Shown: one piece after another, positions 18,096 through 28,036 of the stretch
Layout of the letters: each line of letters begins with the position of its first letter
How positions within the stretch are numbered: position 1 is the stretch's first letter
Position numbers and translations under genes: made by a program
The notes under the pieces: generated by a model
Seen by the model: only the letters and a program-made list of their open reading frames with translations
What the model was told of the DNA's origin: nothing
Databases searched by the model: none
IMG/VR virus record: IMGVR_UViG_3300011560_000001
Coordinates: 64,001-128,000 of that record
Direction: 5' to 3' (one strand)
Source: a virus
Taxonomy: Duplodnaviria > Caudoviricetes
Length of the DNA stretch: 64,000 bases

Positions 18096-18752
18096 ATGGA
18101 TAAGACTTTCAGTCTCACCGATGTGGAACAACAATGGTTTCCTATCGAAGTGATTGAAAGATACTTTCGCTTGGCTAGGAAACTAGACATACCGCAACAG
18201 CTACACCGTTTGAGTGCTCGTGGATGGGTAATGCTGAAAGCCTTACGTGTAGGCGCAAAACGTTTTTACGCTTTCCTGCACGAGAAACTTAACTGCACAT
18301 GTAAAACAGAATACCGCCATCCACGATGGTTTAAATCAATTTCGTCTCAAAAATCGAAGGAGTCTATCATGACCAATAAAGATCAGAAAATGAACAACCA
18401 GCCGTTTGAACCATCTGAAACGACTGTTGACCAAGAATCCACTAAGCAATCAACTTCCAAACAAGAGGAAACCACCATGAACGTACGTTATGATAACCTT
18501 GACCGCGATACCTTAGCCCGCTTGGCTGAATCCGAAATTCATCGGAATGAAGCAGAGGCTGAATACATGCGTCGTATGGCTCTTGATCAAAAGCCCGACC
18601 GTAAATGGCAGTATCGTGCCGGGGTTGCGTTAACGGCGACGAGCGCAGCAGCAATGGGCGCTATCGCTCTCTTCTACCTGAAACATACGGGTCTGTTTGA
18701 CGGTTTGTTAGGGGGAAGCAAACCTGATACAAATGAAGAAGCTGCAAGCTAA
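18096..18752 (+). CDS. Hypothetical membrane protein (start may be 18369)
   Basis: Hydrophobic segment AGVALTATSAAAMGAIALFYL; strong SD AAGGAG before ATG 18369. Confidence 0.6.
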   Translation: MDKTFSLTDVEQQWFPIEVIERYFRLARKLDIPQQLHRLSARGWVMLKALRVGAKRFYAFLHEKLNCTCKTEYRHPRWFKSISSQKSKESIMTNKDQKMNNQPFEPSETTVDQESTKQSTSKQEETTMNVRYDNLDRDTLARLAESEIHRNEAEAEYMRRMALDQKPDRKWQYRAGVALTATSAAAMGAIALFYLKHTGLFDGLLGGSKPDTNEEAAS

Positions 18753-18758
18753 TTGATC

Positions 18759-18786
18759 CAAGGTCCTCTGATATCAGAGGACCTTG
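18759..18786. terminator. Perfect 28-bp palindrome, probable terminator
   Basis: CAAGGTCCTCTGATATCAGAGGACCTTG followed by a T-rich tract. Confidence 0.65.
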
Positions 18787-18847
18787 CTTTATATCGTTTT
18801 TTCTTTTGTTGTTTTTAACCGATCTTCAAGATGCGTATGTAGGGGAG

Positions 18848-19381
18848 ATGACAATGCAATACACGTTAATGATTTCTGTTTTGGCTATACTTGGTATCGT
18901 TGTTGTTTATGGCGCTTTTGCGCTTCTGAATAGCATGCAGACAACCCTACGGGTTACCCAATTACATTCTGATGGAGCGAGTACTATGACAACACCACTC
19001 ATCGATTTACATGAGCATATTTCCCGTAAACCTGCCGAACGTTTCGTGTCTCGCCCTGATCCAATCAGTGACGAAGATAAAGGCTATATCACCGCAACGG
19101 TTCAACGCACCGTCGAACGTATGTTACGCCCAGTGGAGCAACGTGCTGAGTGGTCAAACGACTTAGATATTGCAACACTGATGCCTGCTTGGTTGTCTGT
19201 ATTAACACAACAGGTTACTGCGTCTCTTGAACAGAGTAATCTTCTTCCTGGTCGATTTATTATTCGTTGGGAAAGAGACGATGATAAAATTGTTCTCTAC
19301 GCTGATGCGGATGTAGAGAACATCGGTAAAGTACAGTTGCCCATTAATAAGGTAAAACCGCTTGCCGACTATTGGGTATAA
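18848..19381 (+). CDS. Hypothetical protein with N-terminal transmembrane helix
   Basis: SD GGGGAG; YTLMISVLAILGIVVVYGAFALL. Confidence 0.65.
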   Translation: MTMQYTLMISVLAILGIVVVYGAFALLNSMQTTLRVTQLHSDGASTMTTPLIDLHEHISRKPAERFVSRPDPISDEDKGYITATVQRTVERMLRPVEQRAEWSNDLDIATLMPAWLSVLTQQVTASLEQSNLLPGRFIIRWERDDDKIVLYADADVENIGKVQLPINKVKPLADYWV

Positions 19382-19392
19382 GTGAGGTCGTT

Positions 19393-19806
19393 ATGGATAC
19401 TTACTATTGGTATATTGGTATCGGTACGATAATTTTTGTTGCTGCAGCTTTTGTCGCTGGCTTTTATCTCGGTCGCGGGTCACGAGAGTTCATCGTTATT
19501 GATACAAGCGATAACGGAACGACAACGGGTATCTCTGAGTGTTTGATTGAATCATTACGTCAGCTACATCGTCGTGGTCGTGGGGTTCCAATGAACCCCG
19601 GTAAAATTCAGCGTAAGTTTAATGAACTGTACGGTGCTTGGTTACGGTTACCTGAAGACGCACACCTCGACCTACGGATCGAACAGTCTAACAAAAATTA
19701 CTATTTCCACTTTCTCAATCATTACACCCATAACACGATAACAACGATTGTCCTTCCCATCGGTTGGATTACCGAGGGGATTGACGATGTGCATATTAAA
19801 ACATAA
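19393..19806 (+). CDS. Hypothetical protein with N-terminal transmembrane helix
   Basis: SD GAGG; YYWYIGIGTIIFVAAAFVAGFYLG. Confidence 0.65.
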   Translation: MDTYYWYIGIGTIIFVAAAFVAGFYLGRGSREFIVIDTSDNGTTTGISECLIESLRQLHRRGRGVPMNPGKIQRKFNELYGAWLRLPEDAHLDLRIEQSNKNYYFHFLNHYTHNTITTIVLPIGWITEGIDDVHIKT

Positions 19807-19820
19807 GAAGGATCCTTCCG

Positions 19821-20522
19821 ATGAACCCGTTAAAACACGCAGTGAGTATTATTCTTAATTTTATCCCAAACTACCAACGTACCGAAAGATACCGTCATTG
19901 GTATAATTTCGTTTACCAGCCGGTGGTAGAAGGGCATATTGCTAATCTCGAGAAAGTAGGAGGCGATAAGAAATACTTGATGGTTACGATTCCGGATATT
20001 ATCCGCAAGATATACGAAGACCAGGAAGAATTTCCTAACGTCGCTGATATTCTGTTGTTTATACAAGCATATCGCTTTCGTCTTACACCACCGAAATCTG
20101 TAGTACGTCCGTGGTTTGGAACAAAAACAGATGGTGTGGAACAAGCGATGAAACAGCGTTTTAACGACCAGTTCGCTCGCCATACTCCTCGCGCGTTACG
20201 GGTGATGATGGAAATCCTCAATCGTGCTGATTTATGCGTCATTCCGATGATCATTGAATCGGAACTGTTTTATTTGTTCAATAAACGATTCGAAGTTACC
20301 ATCGTTGAGTACGGCGATGGTCTTTTGGTATTCAGTTACGTTGATTGCGATGGTGTTGGTGACGTTCGTTACGTTGTTCTAGACGTAGAAGACCGCTCGT
20401 CAACGATGACGGCGGCGCAGTTACGTCGATTCGTTGCTTACCTCGAATGGCGTGACGAGGACGACGAAGTTCGCCGTAAGAACCATGTTCGCCAGAAGTA
20501 CGCGAGATTATCTGCATCTTAA
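19821..20522 (+). CDS. Hypothetical protein
   Basis: 233-aa ORF, SD AAGGA. Confidence 0.7.
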   Translation: MNPLKHAVSIILNFIPNYQRTERYRHWYNFVYQPVVEGHIANLEKVGGDKKYLMVTIPDIIRKIYEDQEEFPNVADILLFIQAYRFRLTPPKSVVRPWFGTKTDGVEQAMKQRFNDQFARHTPRALRVMMEILNRADLCVIPMIIESELFYLFNKRFEVTIVEYGDGLLVFSYVDCDGVGDVRYVVLDVEDRSSTMTAAQLRRFVAYLEWRDEDDEVRRKNHVRQKYARLSAS

Positions 20523-20529
20523 ACTGACG

Positions 20530-20580
20530 GTCACGGCTCTCCTTCATTGGAGAGCCTGTGACTATCATTTTTTTTTTTTT
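20530..20580 (+). terminator. Intrinsic terminator
   Basis: GTCACGGCTCTCC/GGAGAGCCTGTGAC stem followed by a long T run. Confidence 0.75.
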
Positions 20581-20594
20581 GCTTGGCGGCATAA

Positions 20595-20626
20595 CCCTCC
20601 TCCAACCCAACAGGGAAGGAGGAGGG
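20595..20626. terminator. Terminator, family A (reverse orientation)
   Basis: CCTCCAACCCAACAGGGAAGGAGG is the reverse complement of the 4865-4896 core; flanked by CATAA and TATG. Confidence 0.75.
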
Positions 20627-20632
20627 AATATG

Positions 20633-21265
20633 TTAAGGTGTCGGATTGATTCCGGCGTCCTGAAGCAATTTGATAAGTTGCTTTTGGGTTGCAAGTAAAG
20701 CCGTTATCTGCTTCTCTTGCGTTTCACAGCGTGCGTAAATGGTATCTCGCTCTTTTATCGCAGCCTGACGACGGGCTTCGTTTATCTGATGTTGTTCCTG
20801 AGTAACGGTATCATCGAGAGTGATTTCCATTATTTTAACTTCAGGTTCGACACCAAGAATATCACTGGCCTTACCTTTCAATATCGTTGTTAAATACGAA
20901 AGGTCAAGACCTGGAGGAAGAGGCCCGAAATCGATACCCAGAATAATGCGACGATACCGCAATGAATCGTTCTTTGGATACGACGTGATATACGTATCAG
21001 GTACCAGTACGGGCGCACCGTAATCCGGTTGCAGCGTAACGAGATATGCATTCGCTTCGAGATGTGCATCGAATGTGGATTTGTCTATCGATAACGGTTC
21101 GTACAGTTCCTTAAATAGATCGATTCCGCTACCAATAACTTCACTGAATCTACGCAACGCTGTAACGGTATAAAGCGTTGACGCACCAACGGTGAACGGC
21201 GCGGATACTGTGAATACCCCGACCGCACCGGGACTTGGCGTCATGCGTGTTACAGCCATAATCAA
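20633..21265 (-). CDS. Conserved jumbo-phage protein, probably virion-associated (phiKZ gp158-like by synteny)
   Basis: 210-aa ORF coupled to the upstream gene; VPDTYITSYP and IDFGPLP motifs. Confidence 0.55.
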   Translation of the reverse strand: MIMAVTRMTPSPGAVGVFTVSAPFTVGASTLYTVTALRRFSEVIGSGIDLFKELYEPLSIDKSTFDAHLEANAYLVTLQPDYGAPVLVPDTYITSYPKNDSLRYRRIILGIDFGPLPPGLDLSYLTTILKGKASDILGVEPEVKIMEITLDDTVTQEQHQINEARRQAAIKERDTIYARCETQEKQITALLATQKQLIKLLQDAGINPTP

Positions 21266-22602
21266 CCTCCAACAGGTGTGTCGGCTTCATCCGGCATTTT
21301 CTTCAGGAACGCTTCTTTTGTTAAGAAGAGATACTGAACATCGTTGTGGCTTTTCGCTAAGAAGTTATTGCTACCACGCGTAACACGACTATAACCCAAC
21401 GGTACCGGATCGTCTTCGGTGAGCGATTCTGCCAGTTTCAGCATTTCGTAAGTGAACGTGATGAATTCACGTGTTGCGTCGTCGATACGGTTAATATCGA
21501 TGCTGGTTGTGCTGATGAGTGCGTATTGCGGCCAACGATCGTAGAACTTAAGTTTACCATCACGGTTACGTGAGTTACCAACACTTAAGAAACTGATCGA
21601 ACGCCACAGCGTCGGCACCGCTTGAAGCGATTTACGGACTTCGGCGGTTTCACCGTAACCATCAGCAAAGTTTTTCAGGTAGGTATCCATCAACGAATCA
21701 TCGAAGATGGGACTATAGATACGTGCCTGATTGGTCATCTCCGGAGCGCTGTGGCGGTTCCAGATTGGGATGAAGATGTGTTCTGTCGGAATAAAAAGAT
21801 CAGGCAGAACGATTTCCCAGTCTGGGCGTCCATGCGTACTATTGCTAAGAATCCAGTTTTGCAGGAACTCCTTGATATTATCAATATTGTTACCTGCTGC
21901 ACCGTAGATAATCACCGTCCAATCGGTATCAATGTACTTCGAATCGTCGGTGTAATCGTACGCTTTATAGGTTTTCGTCCACAATTGTGTGTCTGGGAAT
22001 TGGTCGCGCACCTCATTGATTTCTTCGGTCAGTTTCTCGCTGCTTCGACTGTCAACCAGTTTCTTCAACGTTGCCAGATCTTCGAAGAAGGTGTCTAACT
22101 GGTCCTTAGGAACAGGAGGAACGACTTCGTATTCGTATTTTGGATATTGACTTTGGAATACGCTATCAGACAGCCATATCTTGACAACATCACCCGTGGC
22201 GGTTATCTTGAAACTGATCCACGCCGGTAGATAGACTTTCCCATCGGTGGTGGGTGTCGGGATGTCGATAGAATCCAAATACGTTGTGAAGTCGTCTTTT
22301 AGGTAGCTGATAACCTGGTCTCTGTCATCCTGGATTTCGCCCGATGAGGCTTTTTCCAGCAACCATTGACCAACCTGAAGAATCTGATTTGCGGTGTTGT
22401 CATCCAGCGTTTGTGCTTCACCAGCTTCGTTTTCTGCATTCAATACCAGCAGGGTCGTACGTGCGTACGCCGTGTTGGTATAGATGCCGATCTCGCGACT
22501 GAACGTAGCACTATGCTGGCTGAACTCACCGAATTTCGCCGTGGTTTTTGGGTGGTTATTAGCGTACCCTTTGTACGTATAAAAACCAAAAATACTAATC
22601 AT
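21262..22602 (-). CDS. Virion structural protein (phiKZ gp157-like by synteny)
   Basis: Long ORF; FGEFS..S.TFSRE, IWLSD..F.SQY and IYGAAGNNID motifs; start 22602 has SD GAGG. Confidence 0.65.
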   Translation of the reverse strand: MISIFGFYTYKGYANNHPKTTAKFGEFSQHSATFSREIGIYTNTAYARTTLLVLNAENEAGEAQTLDDNTANQILQVGQWLLEKASSGEIQDDRDQVISYLKDDFTTYLDSIDIPTPTTDGKVYLPAWISFKITATGDVVKIWLSDSVFQSQYPKYEYEVVPPVPKDQLDTFFEDLATLKKLVDSRSSEKLTEEINEVRDQFPDTQLWTKTYKAYDYTDDSKYIDTDWTVIIYGAAGNNIDNIKEFLQNWILSNSTHGRPDWEIVLPDLFIPTEHIFIPIWNRHSAPEMTNQARIYSPIFDDSLMDTYLKNFADGYGETAEVRKSLQAVPTLWRSISFLSVGNSRNRDGKLKFYDRWPQYALISTTSIDINRIDDATREFITFTYEMLKLAESLTEDDPVPLGYSRVTRGSNNFLAKSHNDVQYLFLTKEAFLKKMPDEADTPVGG

Positions 22603-22656
22603 TCGACGTCCTCGGTTAAGTTGTATTGGAAATTTCATACTATCAAGGACACACGC

Positions 22657-23208
22657 ATGTTTACTACACTCAAGGCGTTGCCCTGGCTTTTCCCTTTTCT
22701 TCGCGAGTTGTTTCGGCGAAGTAAGCGACCACCCACACGCTATCGTCGAGATGGAGCTCGACAGTCCTCGATATTCTTGATTACGGGTTTTTTCATCGTG
22801 TTGGGTATCGTGACGTTATTTGCTGGCGAAAAAATCTTTACCTTGATGGCTGAGGCGAATAGTTTACGTCAGGAAAATACAACATTGCGCTATGCGCGAG
22901 ACACCAACCGAGAACTGATTCATCAACTCTACACATCGAACGAAGTGCGAGGTCGTTTAATCGACAGTATGGTTGAACAGAACCGGATTCTCCAAGGTGA
23001 GGTCGATCGTGCATTACGAACTTTTGAAAAAGAGCAAGTTGCCAGGAGGAAGTTTCAAGAACGCGTTGAGCGTTTTATCGATACTTATTATGTCTGTAAC
23101 AGTCTGGCCTCCGTCGAACAGCGCAATCAGTGTGTAACTAATGGTGGAAAATTACGGTCAATGAAAATCGATCGCAATCAACCAACGTCAACTGACGGTA
23201 ATCGGTAA
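22657..23208 (+). CDS. Membrane-anchored coiled-coil protein
   Basis: Start reassigned (SD AAGGA); one TM (IFLITGFFIVLGIVTLFAG), coiled coil, two C-terminal Cys. Confidence 0.6.
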   Translation: MFTTLKALPWLFPFLRELFRRSKRPPTRYRRDGARQSSIFLITGFFIVLGIVTLFAGEKIFTLMAEANSLRQENTTLRYARDTNRELIHQLYTSNEVRGRLIDSMVEQNRILQGEVDRALRTFEKEQVARRKFQERVERFIDTYYVCNSLASVEQRNQCVTNGGKLRSMKIDRNQPTSTDGNR

Positions 23209-23258
23209 TACCGTACAACTTTGGGCTATCATACGGACAATGATTAATGAGGTTTACA

Positions 23259-24785
23259 ATGGCAGGAAATACTGAGCTTGGTGCCGTTTTCTACTGTGAT
23301 GGAGGATCCCGTCCAACATCGAGTGGGTATGGTGGCTATGGCGTGCATGGCTACACCTACGATATGGTGAAAGAAATAAAAGGCACCTTGGAACCTTCAA
23401 AAAGTGGAAAGCCCAAACCAACACAATACGGTTATGTTGACCCTAAACTCAACTTTCCTAAAGACGCCGTGTTGGTCGAACCCAAGGAATACGTGGATGA
23501 GTTAGAGGCTTTGGGTTTCAACGTAACGAACAATCAGGCTGAGTTGGATGCTGCAATACGTGCGATTGAACTTGGAAAAGCAAAGGGGGCAAAACGGATC
23601 CAGCTGTTGTCGGACAGCCAATATGTTGTTGTGGGTGCCACCAACCATCTTGCTAACTGGCGAGAGAACAACTGGGTTAAATCCGACAATAAACCGTTAA
23701 TGAATGCGGAACGGTGGCGGAAACTCGATAGTGCGATAAGGGATGCGAAGCGCGACGCTATCGATATTTCGCTGCGCTACGTTCCTGGACATGAGGGCAA
23801 TGTTGGTAACGAACGTGCGGATATGTTGGCAACGCGTGGAACATATCTATCACAAAACCAGGACTGGGCTGTAAGAACCCAAATACGTCGCGAACTTCCG
23901 GCTAAGGGGTATTGGAGTCCCGAACCGGAAATAAGTCCGTTCTTTACGTTCTCACGCTGCTACTTTACCACCAATCAGCAGCAAGAGCGCGCGAAAGATG
24001 GTCGCTACATCTATTTCGGTGGTAACACCGATAAAGACAACAAGGGACGTCTTGAGTTAGGGAAAAGGATTAGCGATAGCGCGTACAGTGTTATCTATTT
24101 AAGCAAGCCGGATGATGCTATTGAGATTATGCGTACGCATGCATCTCGGGTATTAGAGCACGGGACAACGGAGTCAGTGTATATTGCATACACGGATAAC
24201 CTTCATCATCGTCAACATCATCGCGATATTCTTGAGGGTGAGTGCGATCTTACGATGCGTCCGACAGGCCTCGGTAAGAGCGTGCATCTTCCGCTAGGTG
24301 GATCGAACACAGCCATTTTAATGGAAGCATGCAATCCGCCTAACCTTGCTTGGCGTGCGATTGATTCCTTGAACTTCTTAAAGACGTTACTGGATGAATG
24401 GCTTGACGCTAACCGCGAATCCACACCGCGTCTGGTCGTAACCGAAATTACCGACGTTCTTTTCGAAACAGAAAAGGATAAGAAAGGCAAAACGGTTACC
24501 AAAGTGCATAGTGCGATTACACAGGTTACGAAAAGCTTGAAGGTGGACGTGAATTACAGACTGACCCCCGATAAGCAGGGCGTTACGTCTTGTACCATGT
24601 CCTTGGGGTTAGACCTGCCTCAACGTCTGAACTTGAGCTATTTAGCATCACCGGAAACGAAAGCGTACGCGGTAACTTATCGCGAGTCTGATGTTGCGTT
24701 TCGTTTCGCCGTGATTATTGAGTCGGGGGACGACGTTGGTATATGGGCTAACATATACAGTAACCCACGTTATGTGTTGGAGTAA
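23259..24785 (+). CDS. rnhA: Ribonuclease HI with C-terminal extension
   Basis: YCDGG, TNNQAEL.A, SDSQYVV and VPGHEGNVGNERADMLA motifs. Confidence 0.9.
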   Translation: MAGNTELGAVFYCDGGSRPTSSGYGGYGVHGYTYDMVKEIKGTLEPSKSGKPKPTQYGYVDPKLNFPKDAVLVEPKEYVDELEALGFNVTNNQAELDAAIRAIELGKAKGAKRIQLLSDSQYVVVGATNHLANWRENNWVKSDNKPLMNAERWRKLDSAIRDAKRDAIDISLRYVPGHEGNVGNERADMLATRGTYLSQNQDWAVRTQIRRELPAKGYWSPEPEISPFFTFSRCYFTTNQQQERAKDGRYIYFGGNTDKDNKGRLELGKRISDSAYSVIYLSKPDDAIEIMRTHASRVLEHGTTESVYIAYTDNLHHRQHHRDILEGECDLTMRPTGLGKSVHLPLGGSNTAILMEACNPPNLAWRAIDSLNFLKTLLDEWLDANRESTPRLVVTEITDVLFETEKDKKGKTVTKVHSAITQVTKSLKVDVNYRLTPDKQGVTSCTMSLGLDLPQRLNLSYLASPETKAYAVTYRESDVAFRFAVIIESGDDVGIWANIYSNPRYVLE

Positions 24786-24788
24786 TCA

Positions 24789-25220
24789 ATGGTGATGGTC
24801 GAACAGGTAGAACGTGAGAAACAACCGTTGAAACACGCTCTCCTATCGTTCCTCTTAACCGCAAAAGCTAAACGTATACTTCTCTTCGGAAGTTTGTTTG
24901 GTACCTTGCACCAGCATGACGATAATTACGTCATGCTAAAAGGTCTTGCGGATATGAATGAGCGATTGGAGATAGCTGAGTCGGTTTCGGCGTTGATGTT
25001 TGCTGCGCGGCTTGGTATTACTGCATGGAAAGATCTGGATAGTGAGACGTTACTTAATGGGACGACAAACTACGATGAAGCGGTGCAGTGCATAATGCAG
25101 CGCGTTCCACCATGGCTTTATTATGATGATAAAACAACGATTCGTCAGGAGATTAAAAAGCTTCTGGTAAGAGTCTGCGTTCCTACGACACAACGAGTGG
25201 TACAACTATACGGCAAATAA
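24789..25220 (+). CDS. Hypothetical protein
   Basis: 143-aa ORF directly after RNase H. Confidence 0.65.
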   Translation: MVMVEQVEREKQPLKHALLSFLLTAKAKRILLFGSLFGTLHQHDDNYVMLKGLADMNERLEIAESVSALMFAARLGITAWKDLDSETLLNGTTNYDEAVQCIMQRVPPWLYYDDKTTIRQEIKKLLVRVCVPTTQRVVQLYGK

Positions 25221-25227
25221 ACCTTAT

Positions 25228-25263
25228 CCCACCCTACCGCCCTTAACGGGGTAGTAGGGTGGG
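25228..25263. terminator. Bidirectional terminator
   Basis: CCCACCCTAC...GTAGGGTGGG then TTATTATG, between convergent genes. Confidence 0.75.
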
Positions 25264-25271
25264 TTATTATG

Positions 25272-26114
25272 TTATTTTTTCGCGTTCTTTTTAACAGCGT
25301 CCCAAGTGTCGTTATATGCGATGATCGCCTCAGCCAAAGCGTTCACGAGAAACGCATACAGTTCAGCCTGCTTGGCTGTTTGGTAGATAGCGTCACTAAT
25401 ATCGCGAATCATCGCGTTGCTCACCGCACCTTCATTGTAGTCTTGAACCAGGATTTCGGTTAAGCGGTCAGCCACTTCCATGAAACGTTCGATTGCTTTC
25501 TTCACGTCTTTAGGATTAACGTCGAGCGCACGGATACGGGAAGCGTCCAGATCTTTTCCGATCTGACGGATATCGTCTTCGTTCTTATATGCGCGACCTA
25601 CAGTGGTCTGTGTTACCGTCCCACGTTTGAACATCGCACGTAACGTCTCTAAAACGTTCTCTGGGTCGTTTTTAGGTAGTGTTTGAGCCATACCACTACT
25701 ACGACGGAAGTTGACGTCATTGACGGCTTTAGCGCACGTTACGGTCAACTTATCTAAATCGGGTAGGATGGTGCCAATTACGTTATCCTGGCTCTGGGTT
25801 AGAGCAACAACATAATCTGACATCGGTGCATTTAAACCATTCGGAATAAAAGCACGATACCCAATGAGGTCGCTGTATGCGTTGTTGCTAAAGATGGTGT
25901 CGAGGTCATCGAAGACTTTAGGATAAACCGTCTCATCACGTTTCTTAAGCCAATCGGTAACAAACTTCTTACCGTTAGTAAACATACTACGAAGATTCGT
26001 TACTGCGGTAAGTGAAGCGAAGTCTTGCGCAAAGCCTTCCATTGATAGAGCACGATGTGAATCCCAAAGGGTCTGCAGCGTAATCGGATCTTCAGGAATG
26101 GTAAATTTATGCAT
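25272..26114 (-). CDS. Probable head/virion protein with protease-processed N-terminus
   Basis: 280 aa; ALSME|GF fits the S/A-X-E prohead protease site; position next to uvsX as in phiKZ-like phages. Confidence 0.55.
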   Translation of the reverse strand: MHKFTIPEDPITLQTLWDSHRALSMEGFAQDFASLTAVTNLRSMFTNGKKFVTDWLKKRDETVYPKVFDDLDTIFSNNAYSDLIGYRAFIPNGLNAPMSDYVVALTQSQDNVIGTILPDLDKLTVTCAKAVNDVNFRRSSGMAQTLPKNDPENVLETLRAMFKRGTVTQTTVGRAYKNEDDIRQIGKDLDASRIRALDVNPKDVKKAIERFMEVADRLTEILVQDYNEGAVSNAMIRDISDAIYQTAKQAELYAFLVNALAEAIIAYNDTWDAVKKNAKK

Positions 26115-26212
26115 GATAGTCCTCGTGGAAATAGCAGTTGTCAGTCTTAACTAAAAATAGTTATTCTCTGAACACTAAGAATTAGTCGAAGAATCGAAGG
26201 AGTTTTTACCCA

Positions 26213-27703
26213 ATGAATCTTAATAAGTACCTTTCTCCCGGTGAAGAGATGCGTTTTAATCTCAACATTGGTTGCTTAATGGATATTCCCACATCTGGTG
26301 GTCGGTACTACGTCGGTAAACACGGTGAAAGCATTTGTAACGGCGGTATGATGCTTGTTGAGGGCGCAGGCGCTCGCGGCAACATGAACAAAACCACGTT
26401 CATAATGTTTCGCTTGTTACGTGTTATCGACCGTTACGCGAACAGCAATAGTAGCGTTTACGACACAGAAATGTCATTAACGACAACACGTATCTTAACG
26501 CTTGCGATGAACATGTCTAATATCGCAGGTGTCGATCTTTTCGAAGAAGAACGTGTGTTTATCACCGATGCTGTTCAGATGAGTGGTAACATTTGGTTTG
26601 ATGCGATTAAGAAATTCCGTGACGACAAGGTCAAAGATAAATCCCAACGCAAAGCCGTTCCGTTCATTAATAAACATGGCGAGAACTATACCTGGTGGTT
26701 ACCAACCGTTGTACTCATCGACAGTTTCTCTGGATTACCAATCGATGCCGTTGACGCGCTGTTTGATAAAGAAACCGCGGGTGGTGCAAAACTGAATGCT
26801 GAAGCGATGCGTTCGGCAGCAGCAAAAAGCCAGATCCTATCGCAGATGCCGGTACTCACAGCGTCGGCAGGTATCTACATTACCATGACCGCCCACCTCG
26901 GCGACGGCGTAAACGTTGGTGGTATGCCGGGACAGCAGCCAGTACGAAAACTGAAAGGGTTTAAGGGCGATGAGAAGTTTAAGAACGTCCCGGAACGCTT
27001 CACGTTTTATACGAACAACCTCTGGAAAATCGATAAACTGACGATTCTTCAGAACGCTGATAAACGCGTTCTTTATCCGCGTGGGCCTGGTGATAACCTT
27101 ATCGGTGATACCGATCTACAGATGATCCAAGTCTTCAACATGCGTGCTAAAAACGGACCCACCGGCTTACCGTTCCCGATTGTGGTTAGTCAGAGCGAAG
27201 GGGTTAAACCATCATTAACGGAATACCACTACCTGCGTGATAAAGATTGGATGCGTGGTTGGGGTATGCATGCATCGGGTGGTAAGTCAGCTGATGGTGC
27301 TTCAACGGTGTATTTGGATATTTATCCGGATGTTGCGTTGCAGCGCACGACCATTCGTTCTCTCTGTGAAGAAGATGAGTATTTACAACGTGCTCTGGAA
27401 ATTACGTCGGAGCTATGTCAGATGCATAATCTCTGGCGTCAAGAGGTTTACGAAAATCCGCAATTGTATTGCACCCCGCAGGAACTGTACGACGATCTTA
27501 AAGCAAAAGGGTTCGATTGGGATGTGTTGTTAAACACACGCGGTTACTGGACATATCTGGATGATCCTAACCCGCTACCGTTCCTGTCCACAATGGACTT
27601 ATTGCGTATGCGTACCGGTGAGTACTTCCCGTACTGGATGGATGAAAAGACAAAGCAACCAAAGAACCCGGTACCCGCATTAAATCGTCCAAGCAAAAAA
27701 TAA
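26213..27703 (+). CDS. uvsX: UvsX/RecA-like recombinase
   Basis: Variant Walker A GARGNMNKTT, YDTEMS, Walker B VVLIDSFS, TAHLG and RAKNGPTG. Confidence 0.85.
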   Translation: MNLNKYLSPGEEMRFNLNIGCLMDIPTSGGRYYVGKHGESICNGGMMLVEGAGARGNMNKTTFIMFRLLRVIDRYANSNSSVYDTEMSLTTTRILTLAMNMSNIAGVDLFEEERVFITDAVQMSGNIWFDAIKKFRDDKVKDKSQRKAVPFINKHGENYTWWLPTVVLIDSFSGLPIDAVDALFDKETAGGAKLNAEAMRSAAAKSQILSQMPVLTASAGIYITMTAHLGDGVNVGGMPGQQPVRKLKGFKGDEKFKNVPERFTFYTNNLWKIDKLTILQNADKRVLYPRGPGDNLIGDTDLQMIQVFNMRAKNGPTGLPFPIVVSQSEGVKPSLTEYHYLRDKDWMRGWGMHASGGKSADGASTVYLDIYPDVALQRTTIRSLCEEDEYLQRALEITSELCQMHNLWRQEVYENPQLYCTPQELYDDLKAKGFDWDVLLNTRGYWTYLDDPNPLPFLSTMDLLRMRTGEYFPYWMDEKTKQPKNPVPALNRPSKK

Positions 27704-27715
27704 AAGGCTGAATAA

Positions 27716-28036
27716 ATGACCGCACCTGCTATCAAGCACGCGCACGAACTGGTTGATGTTATCGCACAGACAATTGCGTCGCATCAGCCAGCGATTGCCG
27801 AGCAATTTAAACACGATCTGCTGGCTCGTGTCCCTGAGTACATGACCTTAGAACACGCCCAAGCCGAAATCAATCGTTATTGGCGATTGCAGTTCGGTGT
27901 ACTAGAAGTAAGTACGTTCTCGGTGCGAGAGTGCTTACTAGACAATCAACCCATTAAAGGATGGATCCATAATTTCCGTGATTACGTTGCGCCCTTTATT
28001 GCACGCAACGTAAAGTCATTGCGCGGTGGAAGATAA
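27716..28036 (+). CDS. Hypothetical protein
   Basis: 106-aa ORF in operon. Confidence 0.65.
   Translation: MTAPAIKHAHELVDVIAQTIASHQPAIAEQFKHDLLARVPEYMTLEHAQAEINRYWRLQFGVLEVSTFSVRECLLDNQPIKGWIHNFRDYVAPFIARNVKSLRGGR

Noticed and set aside
26359-26400. Non-canonical Walker A (GARGNMNKTT) suggesting an inactive recombinase
   Set aside because: Degenerate P-loops are usual in phiKZ-like UvsX proteins; the KT pair and Walker B are intact
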